Source: Octopus sinensis (taxonomy: Eukaryota). From it: a stretch of DNA of 64,000 bases. The position numbers and the translations under genes are program-made. Below the pieces are notes generated by a model. The model did no database searches, was not told the origin of the DNA, and saw only the letters and a program-made list of their open reading frames with translations. Location of the stretch: NCBI RefSeq assembly GCF_006345805.1, contig NC_042998.1:182404001-182468000 (forward strand). The letters are read 5' to 3'. This document shows, one piece after another, positions 1 through 12,739 of this stretch (positions are counted from its first letter, which is position 1; every line of letters starts with the position of its first letter).

Positions 1-156
1 AGGATGGAAGCTTCTTCACCAATGGGATCCAAGCATTGTAACACCGATGGAAAAGTGTGTGAACCGCAAGGGAGACTATGTTGAAGAATAACGCTCATTT
101 GGTCACATCTCATGAGAGTATCTTGGTCAGTCTCTGGAGTTTTCAGCCGACCATCG
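1..156 (+). mobile_element. Mariner transposon 3' end with right TIR (cut by window start, degraded)
   Basis: Translation ...SFFTNGIQAL*HRW then, after a frameshift, a CVNRKGDYVEE* like end matches the mariner transposase C-terminus; TIR-like end ttttcagccgaccatcg. Confidence 0.75.
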
Positions 157-1061
157 AATATGATTCTATCAGGTTTAACTTGGTGGTTAAAGTGTTAATG
201 TTAGGTAGAAATGAAGTGGATAAATCAAATACCATTTATATAATGCAGTCAGATTGACTATAGCCATTCTGTGATATTTCTAACCAGATATAAAAAGGCC
301 AATATTTACTTTCCTTGGAAAGTGTAAAGTACCGGTAGAAATGTCCTACAGTAAGTATTTTGTTTCAGCGCTTTCGTCACGGATTTTAAATCCTCCAGAG
401 GCCTTAAATAAGTATGTCATACACTGGCATCGATAATAACCAAAATATTTATAGACTTTTGCTTATGACCAGAATCTTTTTTCTTATTTTATCGTATTTT
501 GTGTGAAGATATTTCCTTGCTAACAATTACTCATATTTCAATTCTCTCTTAAATTATGTCCCACTTAGTCATCAGGATATTAGGATGGGTAGTCAAATAG
601 TCGACATTCCAATTTTCAAACTGAAAAGAAAATGTATTCATGGTTGAATTAACATAACTAGAATATCTTATCTCTATGGTGGGCTGCATTTGGCTCCTGA
701 AAAAGAATCCCTTCTGTAGTTGAAGTACTTTGGAAAGACTTTTGATGGTGGAAGAACATATGGCAAAGTCTGCTTCGTTAGACTATGCCATTCATTCAAA
801 ATCTTAAAGTGACATAACTATTTCACGTAAAGGCAGTTTATCCACCGAACTACTAATTCTGATTATCTTCAGCTCTTACCAATGGTTTACTTTTCGATAT
901 GAAAATGATTAAATCTGAATTACAATTAAAACAAAGTACAACATAAAATACCACAAATATAACGGTATGTAATGAAGAAATTTATTAAATAATATGAGTA
1001 AACTGTCAATATTGAAAATTGATGTGTATGTGTATACACTATCACTCACACACACACACAC

Positions 1062-1096
<35 letters not shown>

Positions 1097-1102
1097 TCAT
1101 AC

Positions 1103-1196
1103 ATATGAAGTGCCTTGCCCAAGGACACAATACAGCGATCCGTTTGGGGTTCGAACTTACTACCTTACGATCGTATACCGAACACCTTAACCTATA
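1103..1196 (-). mobile_element. tRNA-derived SINE family C, head fragment
   Basis: Minus strand has a B-box-like agttcgaacccc and CORE-like gtgtccttgggcaaggcac; related to 15825-16042 and 24360-24614. Confidence 0.6.
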
Positions 1197-1221
1197 AGGT
1201 ACACTTCTTCAATTTAATAAC

Positions 1222-1645
1222 TATGTATTAACTATCTATGTATGTTTTTTTCTTTGAGTTTAATTCAAGTTATCCTTGCGACAGTTCAAGCCGTTTGCTA
1301 ACAAAGCAACAAAACGTTTTGCGTTGAGTTCCCGGTGTTTGTAAATATGTAGTTGAGTCGCTGTGTTGGTTGAGCTGTCGATGCATACACCCAAGTGTGT
1401 GCATCTCTTCACATAAGAATCTCAGATAGAGAATTAGGGGAATGTCTTACAAATCTTTACTGTGCCACTAATAGATTGGATTTGAAGAAATCGAGTTAGT
1501 TTCTTTTTCCCTGAAACTGAGTATTTCAAGGTTTTTGTGTAAATTTGTTGGTACATAACCTAATGCACCTATGGTAATAGGTACAAATGAGAATTCATAG
1601 TCAGGGTACAAGACTGTAAGTTCTGCTTTAATTTGCCATAATACA
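1222..1645 (-). mobile_element. R4/Dong-like (RLE clade) non-LTR retrotransposon, 5'-truncated 3' end
   Basis: Minus frame AELTVLYPDYEFSFVPITIGALGYVPTNLHKNLEILSF, then frameshift to RFLQIQSISGTVKICKTF. This is the PIxIGALG...LQ...GTxKI terminus of RLE elements. 3'UTR ends in a catacatagatag tail. Confidence 0.7.
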
Positions 1646-1744
1646 TATGTATGTATGCATGTATGTATGTATGTATGTATGTATGTATGTATGTATGTAT
1701 GTATGTATGTATGTATGTATGTATGTATGTATGTGTGTGTGAGT

Positions 1745-1788
<44 letters not shown>
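1646..1788. repeat. (TATG)n then (TG)n microsatellite
   Basis: Direct inspection. Confidence 0.95.
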
Positions 1789-1792
<4 letters not shown>

Positions 1793-2546
1793 TGAAAACT
1801 GACATTAGATACTTTGATACTTAAATGAATTTCGGCCAGAATTGGCCCTGGCCATGACTAAATTAATAGCACCACCTGGGAAAGACATTTAATGGTATTT
1901 CCTATAACAATCATTCTTTGGGCACCATAATTCAGTTGAGTAAAGAATTATTAGTTGTAGAAATATATCCGGGTGTAGGTAGCTTATCTGGAACTTTTAA
2001 GTATCCCTTCAATTCGGAGACAAAATCTCCTTGGGGTGCTCGAAGAAAAAAAAATCTGCAAAATTTTAAAAATAAAGAGGATGCAATAAGGAATAGTTCT
2101 TATTTGTAAACCCAGCTAGTGAAAGCAACGAATATTTCATCAACGAAGCAAACTCACATCAATTGGTTGAACTTTTGGAAAGAGAAAAAAAATGCAAAGA
2201 TAAATATAATTGGAGAATACAGAGGAGAGAGTGGGGAAGACGAAGAGAAAAGCAAGAGGAAGGGGAAAGGAAGGAAAAAGAAAACAAGGAGCAAAATGTA
2301 ATAAAACAATGTAGGTGTTGGGGAAAAGGGCTACAGGCGAGCCTTTAAAAGTGATTGCAATCAAGGAAAGAGCGAAAAGGATTATATGAAAATAAAAAGT
2401 GTGAACGCTCCAAACGTAAATATGTACAGTATTCTTACAAATACGCATGTTTTTTAGGTTCTACGTAAACATTCATTAGCTATTAAAAAATGGAATAAAC
2501 TCACCTCAGCTGAATTCGTACACAGTAACCTTTCATATTTATATTC

Positions 2547-2946
2547 TTACTAGCAGTATCGCCCGGCGTTGCTCGGGTTTGTTTCGACCCTTTAGAATCG
2601 GAATTTTTGAAAAGTAAAAATTTGACATTATGTAGCTTGTTATTCTCTTTAAGTGAACATTTTTCTGGTTGAAATGCACCGAAAAATGGCGACACGGCAG
2701 TCAAAAAATCGTAAAAAATAGGGATTTTCATAGAAAAAAAGCACCTTTTTGATGTAAATAATTTTTGGTCTTAACATGGTCCGATTTGAATTTTATCTTC
2801 TATGGAATGAAGAGCAAGTCTTCTTCTATCATACTCTCAATTTTGGTCAACTTGCGCCGTAGGGCCTCGGAGGAGATAGTGTTAGTTGAAGGCTACCAAA
2901 CCTGCTATACACAGACAACTTCAGCTTTATATATATAGAGAGAGAT
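2547..2946 (+). mobile_element. Helitron/Helentron-associated non-autonomous element (HINE/DINE-like)
   Basis: Starts tactagcagtatcgcccggcgttgctcggg (short stem-loop), ends cagacaacttcagctttatatatatag; near-identical copy in reverse at 60420-60825. Confidence 0.7.
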
Positions 2947-3228
2947 ATTATTCTTTTCTTAGGGCCAGCCTTTCTGCGCCCTTTTTACTCTTTCCTTCTT
3001 TAGTTTCTCTTCCTCATAGTTTCCTTTCATCTTCTCCGCTGTTGCCTACCAGTCATTTTTATCTATATTGTCCTATTTATCTATTATTTCATTTTCTTGA
3101 AACTGAAGTGAAACAACATATTTCTATTGTTTTGAGAGATATACAGTTTATAACTTTTAATTCCTAAAATATAAATACCTGTATTCTTTTGCATATTTTT
3201 GAATATTCGAGTTGGGACAAACAACTTG

Positions 3229-3656
3229 GGATCTTTTCGGTTTGAACGGCAGTTTTTTCTAGCGGTGTCATATGAAATTGTCACCCATAATTATGACCCT
3301 AGTATCAATCTATTGCGTTTCAATCTGTTTTAGGGTTAGGGTTAGAGTTAGGGTTAGGGGTGGGGGGAAAGGTATCTTTTTTTCTTCACAAATGTAAATA
3401 AACCCAATCTGTTTCTTAAACGAGGGACATATTCATACGCACAGAATGTTTTCATCTCAACAGACGTCATTAATTGGTTGAAATTGCAGAAATTGAAGAA
3501 AAAAACCAACAAATATCTTACAAACTATATAATTTTCTCAATAAAGCCAAGAGAAAAAGATGTTTTATAAACACATTCTACCAGTATACGAAGTTTGAAA
3601 GTGTTTAGCTACGTGGAAATTATTTTTTAAAACTGCCGGTCAAACCGAAAAGATCT
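3229..3656. mobile_element. MITE with about 27-bp TIRs (GGATCTTTTCGGTTTGAACGGCAGTTTT), internal TTAGGG repeats, 8-bp TSD
   Basis: TIRs at both ends; flanks acaacttg/gcaacttg. Confidence 0.85.
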
Positions 3657-3899
3657 GCAACTTGTCAGACAAATGCGTAATTAGTTACTTAATCATGCCG
3701 GAAACTCAGAGTAGCAATGTATATTCTATACTAGTTTCTTTATATATTATTTTATACACATTTCTCTTTACATAAGTAGTGAGCATTTAATATTTGCCTG
3801 CTCTTCATATCAGTATTTATATTTCATACTAATACATCTTGTATTGTATGTACTGAATAATGTATATCGTATATTATAAGAGTATTTTATTTGTGATTC

Positions 3900-4700
3900 A
3901 TCAAAGTGTATTATCGGGTAGAGAACCCATGACCAAAAACCATTAGAATATTTATGGATTTGTATATCCTGACCTGTTCGTTACAGAATAGTTGTGCGCC
4001 TTCAAGAATTTACAATTTAAAAAAGCTTGTAACGAAAGCAAACAATGACTGTAAAGTTATTGATTCACCATTCTAACACTAGGATATGAAAGCAGTCAAA
4101 TCGACTCCCTGAAAAATTAAGGACCTTGATCCCTTTGAATACAAACTTTTAGGCCAAATACCCAAAGCAAAGTTACGTTGAGTACACCAATAACTTCCAC
4201 TTCAATCCGATATTAAAGAACGTTAAGAAATCTAAAAAGTAAATAAATAATTAGATAAAATAAAAATTAAAAAAGCCATTTATATTTCGATAAAGCGAAA
4301 AATCCTTTATAAAGTAGGTTATAGTAAATGTAAGTAGCTACTAAATAATAGCATAGCCCCAAACTATATGATAACCCGCATGCAAAATTACGATGATAAA
4401 AATAACGGGGTTAAAATAAAGCTCACTACTAAAATTAGATAACACATTAAAATGTTTAGCTAAACATGAGGCATAGGTTACGCTTAAGAAACTTATAAAG
4501 GTCTTTGTCGCTAAACCCACATATAAATGAATTAATCTCGCTAAATCTGAATCAGATTAATTTGAAAGTAAATTCTAAAAAGCATTCATGACATTAGGGA
4601 AGTTAACTAACTTCACCAATGAAATAATCGTAACACAGTCGTTAGTTGATTTAATGATTTTAATAACAAAAATAACTCCTGATTACCTAATTTGACATTG
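3900..4700 (+). mobile_element. Possible decayed Penelope-like endonuclease C-terminus and AT-rich 3' UTR
   Basis: Degenerate RI*KQSNRLPEKLRTLIPLN resembles the R..E..WI.kL.Tl.P.gLN end of GIY-YIG domains; many stops. Confidence 0.3.
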
Positions 4701-5387
4701 TTGAACTTATCCTTCTGTATCTAATTCCCTACGCATTACTGAATTGGTTAAGATTTACGGTACTACCGAATATAACGAAATATTCCACATAATAGAAAAA
4801 CCATACTTGTTGGCAGAGATCCTGTCTGTGTATAAAAAAATATCAGATCTGATGGGTTTTTCGATGTAAGCATGTTGATGGGGGTAGGCGACCGCACAGA
4901 GATATTTGGATCGTGTGGACATTATATATTTTGCATGAATTAAAAAAAACATTTTTACAACAGTTTTTTTTTGTGTGTAAAGGTGACGGATTGACTCTAT
5001 CCAAATATGCCAATAGACATAATTTAGATACAATCAGAAAATACAACATTTTCCTAAAAATAAAAATTGAAATAACCTAAAAATATTTCACAAGCGCTTA
5101 TTGAAACACTGAAATTCATAAGTGTCACTAGATTAAGCATCCCTGCCTCTCAATAAAACTAAACGGTTCTGCTTGCATCTTAAGCATACGACCTTTTGTT
5201 TAGTGTTAGACTGGTTTCTATTACACCAAGAGGTGTTTACTGCAGAATACTTAAGCTGTTGTTTAACTATCTTAAGATCTGATTCTCGAAAGTCTATTGA
5301 ATAACCTGCAAAAAGATTTGAAGCGCATGCTGGCTTATGTGCCATTTGGTTGGGAAGCAAACTTCTTACCATACAACGACATGTATG

Positions 5388-5419
<32 letters not shown>

Positions 5420-8400
5420 CATCCACACAAATACATGGACAATGGAACACACATCAACTCGATAGAGAACATTTTAATTCATTCTCAGTGAGTGTAACTC
5501 GCAAAAGAGGTGAGAGAAAATTTACAAACAATTATAAATATTTCAGGGTTGTGGTAAAAGTTTCAAGCGGAGCGAAAATTCTGACAGAAAAAAAAATCGG
5601 AATATCAAAGGATGGCAGCTGGAATGACCATATTGTTGAAAGTTTGATCCGCAGTCACGTAGTTTCAGTTTCAATATCACTGTTCATTAGCTTGGGCAAT
5701 TACCATAGCTCCAGTCTGTCCAAGTCTTAGAAATGAACTCGGGTAAATAAAAACTATTTAGAAGCCCAGAGAGATGACTGTTCTTGAGTACTTGACGTGT
5801 CCCCCGTTTACCACCCTCTTCCATATTCCTTATATGTCTTAAGTGGAGACGCTCTGTTTCAAATATATAGGTTAAGTGTTCGGTCTGAGGATACCCCTGA
5901 GATAAGATTTTTTCTCACTTTCCAGTTTCGAGGTTCTCATTAAAAATATCATGGGTGCTGTCCTTTCTCTGACACAGCCATACAAACACACACATGTATA
6001 TACAGTCAAATATATAATCATATATACGCTCTGATTCCTCTGTAAGTATGCACATAGGTTTGTGTGTGCAGTTGTACGTATGATATCAGATATTGTTATT
6101 CATATAAATATATATTAATATGCTCATATATCATGGAATGTTATCGATTATTATATTTTTATTCCAAAATACGCCATTTCAAGTATTTGTTTACAAGTTA
6201 GTTATTTTAGAATAGTTTCAGAAATGTATCTGGAAATAAGTATTAAAGTCGGCTGTAAATTACATTTAGAAAACATCAACAGCTGCTGTATACTTTCCTT
6301 TCCTTCGTCTTATTTCAATTATTATTATAAACCTTTGCCATTCCCTTAGGCTTCAAAAAGGTATATAAGAAACAGAAACGAATTAAACTAAATGAATATG
6401 ATTTCTTAGATATTTTCTCTTAATTTATAATTGAAATTTAAAAAAAATCATCTGAAATGGAAACTTAATTTAGAATTTCCTTTGGAATAATATCAATTCT
6501 AAGAAAATATGTCTACATCTCTTTGTGATAACACGGATAGTATTCAGTTTTATAAAACTACGGGGAAACGAAAAATATGTGAGTCATAGGCTGTGTCTCT
6601 TACAAATTACTTCGTCGAATTCCTTTCATATAATCCCCTTGAATTAGAATCTACTAAATGCATAATGTATTAAAGAGGTAAGTCAGTGTTAGTAATGCAT
6701 GTTAGTAACACGAAATGTATGTAGTTGCCATGAATGTTTTTCTTTTTAGACATGTAGTGTTTATCAGGTGATTTACTGACGCACACATATACTTCAACAC
6801 ACACAACCACGTGTGTGATGTATGTGTGAGAGCGCGTGCAGAATATCTATCAATATGTATGTGTGCTTATTTGCGTGTGGGAGCTTGTTCTTCTTTGAGT
6901 ATATTTAGGCATTCAAGTGGATAATCTTAAGGTTATTGACATCTACACAGCCCAGTTCTCTCATTACGGAAATACTTATATTCTGCAGAAACGCGTTAGC
7001 TTCATACACAAATATCTTCTAAAGAAAATTATCAGATTCCAACCCATCGTTATAGTGCGCTTTCATGCTATCTAGTTTTTAATCGCTACAACAAGAGATA
7101 TTGCTTACCAAAATTGTTGAAATTGTTCACCCACACCACTAAATATACCTACCCTTCTACTTTTCATTACTTATATTAGTTTTCTCCCGAGAGGCTGCAA
7201 AAAGGATTCGGTACATTCTTTGATTTCAGAAATCAACTGCTGTATAAATTTAGTTCTTCCCATACTTCCCTATAAAAAATTAAAATCTCAATGCCTCAAG
7301 TTATTTTAACTGAACTAATCTTCCTGTCTTGGAGGGCAAAAACCATTAGCTATAGGTACCAGCCCTTCCTCATCTGACATAACGATACAATCAACTGCAA
7401 AATTCTTATAAGAGCGAACATAAATTTCTTTACATTGATGATGTTCTTTACACCAAAGAACAAATGACTGGCTCATTTTGGCTCATCTCACGCGCCCTAG
7501 GAATTCGGTTACGTTATTAAACAGTTGTAATGTCTTACTTTTTATTTCCCTTGGAGGTTCAAAGGCCCATCCTTAAGAATATACAGGCAATATTAGTTAT
7601 TATCTCGTGGGTTCTGTATTTACACTTCCGCCTATTGCAGAGGGCAGAAAATTAGCCATAATTTTTTTTTTTTACTGCTACCAAACCTAACTGAAAGAAG
7701 ATAGCTTTTTCCGTTTTACAAAAATACTGAACATAAATAATATAATTTTTAAAGAAATACCTCGCATTGTTAAAGCCATAACTATCGTAGTGATTATTTC
7801 TAGATATTTTAGCGAGACTCAGATATCACGTACAAATGTACCAATAAAATAGGAGAAATACGTTATATAAATAAATAAACAAGCAAATAAAACGAAAGAC
7901 AAAAGATAAAGGTAAGTCAGAGAAGGAAGTGAGTTAAATGACGCATTCGGTGTTATAAATCTTCTGGCGAAGAAACAAGTTTATGTTTCGATTTTTGCTT
8001 TTGTTTTACAGAATCTCATATAAATCACATCTGTTGGCGTATTTCAATGACATATCAATCCAAATGTCTATTGTTTGTTTGTGAAATACTGTAACATTGT
8101 CACTCTGACACACTGACAGCTTGTCACCGGTCCACTTACAAAACACCCTATCATCCATCTCGTCAGGCAAGATTTCAAACACTAAAAACCTAAGGTAGAC
8201 AATGTGTGCCTAGGAGTGTGCACGCGCACGCACGCACACACACACACAGACACATACGCGCACAATATATATATATGTGTATGTATATATATATATATAT
8301 ATATACACACACATACATTCATAGATTTATATATACATATACATATGCATACACCCACAGGCACAACGTATACATATATGCACATATACACAATATATAT

Positions 8401-8425
8401 ATTTGCAAATACATACATACACATA

Positions 8426-8466
<41 letters not shown>

Positions 8467-8527
8467 CATACATACATGTATGTGAGTGCCTGAGTGTGTG
8501 TGTGCGTGTGCATGCATGTATATGTAA

Positions 8528-8571
<44 letters not shown>

Positions 8572-8676
8572 ATATTTTAATATACATGCATGCATTTATA
8601 TATACATATACCTATGCATTTATTTATATATATATGCGCGTACACACACAGAGGCACTCATACATGTGCGCGCATC

Positions 8677-8717
<41 letters not shown>

Positions 8718-9119
8718 CACAACACACACACACATACCTACATATATGCTCATGTGTGTATATCGAAGCAGTATTTAAAAAGTGTATATAACATTGGCAT
8801 TGCTGAATTAGTTATATATAAAATATGGTAAACAAGCTCGATTATTGAACAATATCCTCCAAGCGATTGATTACACATTTATAGTCAATACCTGATTTTT
8901 TTAAATGTATGATATAAAAATCACTCGCATTTAAACTAGCGACTGTACACTACCAGGTATATACTCGGAAGAAAAGGTTTAAGTAAAATTTTTTTGAACG
9001 TTGGTATAAATGAGAAAATCATAGGGTGATGTTTTTGTGATCTCCAGTCAGATATAAGCAACACACAGGTAATGTGTTAATCAAGTCGTAAGCTACTTAC
9101 CACACAGCCACTCCCATAG

Positions 9120-9508
9120 GCGTGGGAGTGGCTGTGTGGTAAGTAGCTTGCTAACCAACCACATGGTTCCGGGTTCAGTCCCACTGCGTGGCATCTTGGG
9201 CAAGTGTCTTCTACTATAGCCCCGGGCCGACCAATGTCTTGTGAGTGGATTTGGTAGATGGAAACTGAAAGAAGCCTGTCGTATATATGTATATATATGT
9301 GTGTGTGTGTGTGTGTGTTTGAGTTTGTCCCCCTAGCATTGCGTGACAACCGATGCTGGTTTGTTTACGTCCCCGTCACTTAGCTGTTGGGCAAAAGAGA
9401 CCGATAGAATAAGTACTGGGCTTACAAGGAATAAGTCTCGGGGTCTATTTGCTCGACTAAAGGCGGTGCTCCAGCATGGCCGCAGTCAAATGACTGAAAC
9501 AAGTAAAA
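9120..9508 (+). mobile_element. tRNA-derived CORE-type SINE family B with internal (TA/TG)n
   Basis: A box tggctgtgtggt, B box gggttcagtccc, CORE-like cttgggcaagtgtctt, tail ggcggtgctccagcatggccgcagtcaaatgactgaaacaagta. Confidence 0.85.
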
Positions 9509-9587
9509 GTAATCTGATATATTTATGCTGTAAGGAAGAAACAATATAAGTTCAATAGCTAACGACTACTGCAGCAAACAATATTCA

Positions 9588-9736
9588 TTTCTACTCTACG
9601 AACAAAACTCGAAATTTTGGGGAGGTGGGGCCAGTTGATTAGATCGACCCCAGTACACAACTGGCACTTTATTTGTCGACCCCCCAATGATGAAAGCAAA
9701 GTCAACGTCGGCGGAATTTGAACTCAGAACGTAGCA
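9588..9736 (-). mobile_element. SINE family A (alternative tail), truncated by gap
   Basis: Matches 54025-54200. Confidence 0.7.
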
Positions 9737-9836
9737 NNNNNNNNNNNNNNNNNNNNNNNNNNNNNNNNNNNNNNNNNNNNNNNNNNNNNNNNNNNNNNNN
9801 NNNNNNNNNNNNNNNNNNNNNNNNNNNNNNNNNNNN
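9737..9836. other. Assembly gap (100 N)
   Basis: Run of exactly 100 n. Confidence 1.
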
Positions 9837-10101
9837 AACCGGGAAAAACCGACAAAGTAAAGTTCTGGAAGTGGGTGTGGTGAATGGCGATAGGAGGAAA
9901 TATAAAGAGAGAGAGAAAGTAGGTAGGGAGAAAGTGGTTAAATAAATAAATTTAATTATAAAAATTACAAAAGGGAAAAATATTGGACTGCTGAAGGAGC
10001 AAATAATGTGAACGTTCTGGGTGGTAAGTCATTTAGGAATATCAAAGATCTAAAGTGTGACAATATCGTACGTGTGAACGACAAAGAGTGAGAGTATAGA
10101 A

Positions 10102-10151
<50 letters not shown>

Positions 10152-10163
10152 CAGAGAGAGAGA

Positions 10164-10208
<45 letters not shown>

Positions 10209-10392
10209 TGTGCGTGTGTGTGTATACATATATATATATATATATATATACAGTATATGTAGGTCCCGGGTTGAGTCGGGGTTAACCACAGTAAATAGGG
10301 TACTCAATACATAGCAGAGTAATTTGATTTCTTTTGAATGAAACAGTTCTAGTTCTGTAGAAGCTCCTTCTATAAAATAAATATATATATAT

Positions 10393-10598
10393 AGTTAATC
10401 CAAACAAGAAAACACAAAAAAAACAAAAAAACACAACAACGCGAGGACGTGGAACAAATTGGACGCTCAGGAAAGAAGGGAAGAAGGAGGGTTAAACGTT
10501 TCGAGCAGAGCTCTTCGTCGGAAACATAAGGAGAAGGAAAAATCGCGAGAAGGGAAGACAGAGGAAAAAAAATCGCCAACGGTACTCACGAGGTCACA
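10393..10598 (-). mobile_element. About 200-bp HHR-bearing element (Penelope-like pLTR or retrozyme-like), copy 1
   Basis: Homologous to 11247-11447, 56578-56706 and 58618-58757; embedded in (TA)n; HHR-like motif at 10491-10525 with CCGACGA core. Confidence 0.7.
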
Positions 10599-10599
10599 C

Positions 10600-10799
10600 A
10601 TATACACAAAGATATACTACACATATATACACACACATACACACACGTATATATATATGTATATGTATATATTATATATATATATAATATATATATATAT
10701 ATATGTATATGTATATGTGTATATATATATATATAAGATATATATATATATATATATATTATATACACATACTATATATATATATAGATATATATATAT

Positions 10800-10844
<45 letters not shown>

Positions 10845-10845
10845 G

Positions 10846-10876
<31 letters not shown>

Positions 10877-10915
10877 AGTATATATATATATATATATATA
10901 ATATATATATATAAG

Positions 10916-10948
<33 letters not shown>

Positions 10949-11026
10949 AGTATATATATATATATAATATATATATATATATCACACATATATATATATA
11001 TATATTACACCCACATATAATATATA

Positions 11027-11086
<60 letters not shown>

Positions 11087-11205
11087 TATACATATATAAT
11101 ATATATATATACTATATTATATATATATATATATATTATATATATATACATATACATATATATAGTATATTTTTTATATATACACACACATATATATATA
11201 TACAC

Positions 11206-11245
<40 letters not shown>
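10600..11245. repeat. Long imperfect (TA)n microsatellite
   Basis: Direct inspection. Confidence 0.95.
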
Positions 11246-11246
<1 letters not shown>

Positions 11247-11447
11247 AGTTAATCCAAACAAGAAAACAAAAACAACAACGCAAGGACGTGGAACAAATAA
11301 AGTATTATTGGACGCTCAGGAAAGAAGGGAAGAAGGAGGGTTTGACGTTTCGATCGGAGCTCTTCGTCGGAAACATAGGAGAAGGAAAGATCCCGAGAAG
11401 AGAAGACAGGGGAAAAAAATCGCTAGTGATACAGACGAGGTCACATA
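11247..11447 (-). mobile_element. About 200-bp HHR-bearing element, copy 2 (tandem with copy 1)
   Basis: Minus strand 11340-11374 reads GTTT-CCGACGA-A-GAGC-TCC-GATC-GAAA-CG-TC-AAAC. Confidence 0.7.
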
Positions 11448-11471
11448 CTAAAAAGCTATACATATATATAC

Positions 11472-11504
<33 letters not shown>

Positions 11505-11594
11505 ATATATACATATTCGTATATATATATACATATTCGTATATATATACATATACGTATAATATATATACATATACGTATATATTACATATAC

Positions 11595-11659
<65 letters not shown>

Positions 11660-11742
11660 TATATACATGCAGAAATATATATCCGAACATGTGTGTGTAT
11701 CTCTCTCTCTCTCTCTCTCTCTATATAATATATATATATAAT

Positions 11743-11780
<38 letters not shown>

Positions 11781-11811
11781 GTATATGCGTTTATATATGT
11801 GTATGTATGAA

Positions 11812-12515
11812 CGAGGAAAGAAAAAATGATACGCAAACTTTGTTTTTACAATGTTTTTACGCAAAAGTAGGGAATAGACAAGTACATCATTTTTCTATAT
11901 AGTCTCTTTTCCTTTTCGATGCACTTGGTCTAGCGACCCACAGACTTGCATATTCCCTCTAAGAAGAAGGTTTCCGGTTGGTCGTGCAACCATTTCTGTA
12001 CCGTTTCCTTCACATCTTCATCCGTAGGAAATCGACGACCTCGTAAACTCTCTTTGCACAGTTCAAAGATATGATAGTCGGAAGAGGCGAAATCTGGGCT
12101 GTGGACAGGGTGTTCTAGCAGCTCAAAACCCAATTGCTTAATGGTTTTAACAGTCTGGGCTGCCGTGTGTGGGCGTGCATTGTTATGCAACATCAAACCT
12201 GGCTTCGGCGTTTGGTGCGAATAGTCAGTTTCGTTTTGTTAGCAAGCAAAGCCCTGTATCTTGTACTGTTGATCGTACACCACTTTTCCAGACAAATCGG
12301 CTAACTGCTCTTTGTTCTTCTTTGATGCACATTGCTAGTGAGTGGAGCGGCCATGCTTACACTGTAAAGCCAGATAGAACAATGGCGCGATCAGGCTCAA
12401 ACTTTGATCTCGCGACCACAATAGTACCAACTATAAAGCACGCAGCGCAGAAAGCAGTGCGACATAATAAAGATATGTTATGACGAAAGTTCGGATAATT
12501 TTTGACTTCCCCTCG
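11812..12515 (-). mobile_element. Internally deleted mariner element with both TIRs
   Basis: TIRs cgaggggaagtcaaaaattatccgaacttt and cgaggaaagaaaaaatgatacgcaaacttt, TA at right flank. N-terminal MAAPL..CIKEEQRAVSRF is joined to LHNNARPH...HSPDFASSDY (ORF 11930-12196); second catalytic D is N. Confidence 0.9.
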
Positions 12516-12581
12516 TATGCATGTATGTATGCATGTATGTATGTATGTATGTATGTATGTATGTATGTATGTATGTATGTT

Positions 12582-12676
<95 letters not shown>

Positions 12677-12704
12677 ATATAAGAGACCAAGTGTACGTAC
12701 GCCG

Positions 12705-12736
<32 letters not shown>

Positions 12737-12739
<3 letters not shown>

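Noticed and set aside
3320-3360. TTAGGG repeats as a telomere or fusion relic
   Set aside because: They lie inside a MITE present three times in the window.
11930-12196. Mariner ORF as a functional or domesticated gene
   Set aside because: Most of the transposase is deleted and the second catalytic Asp is Asn.
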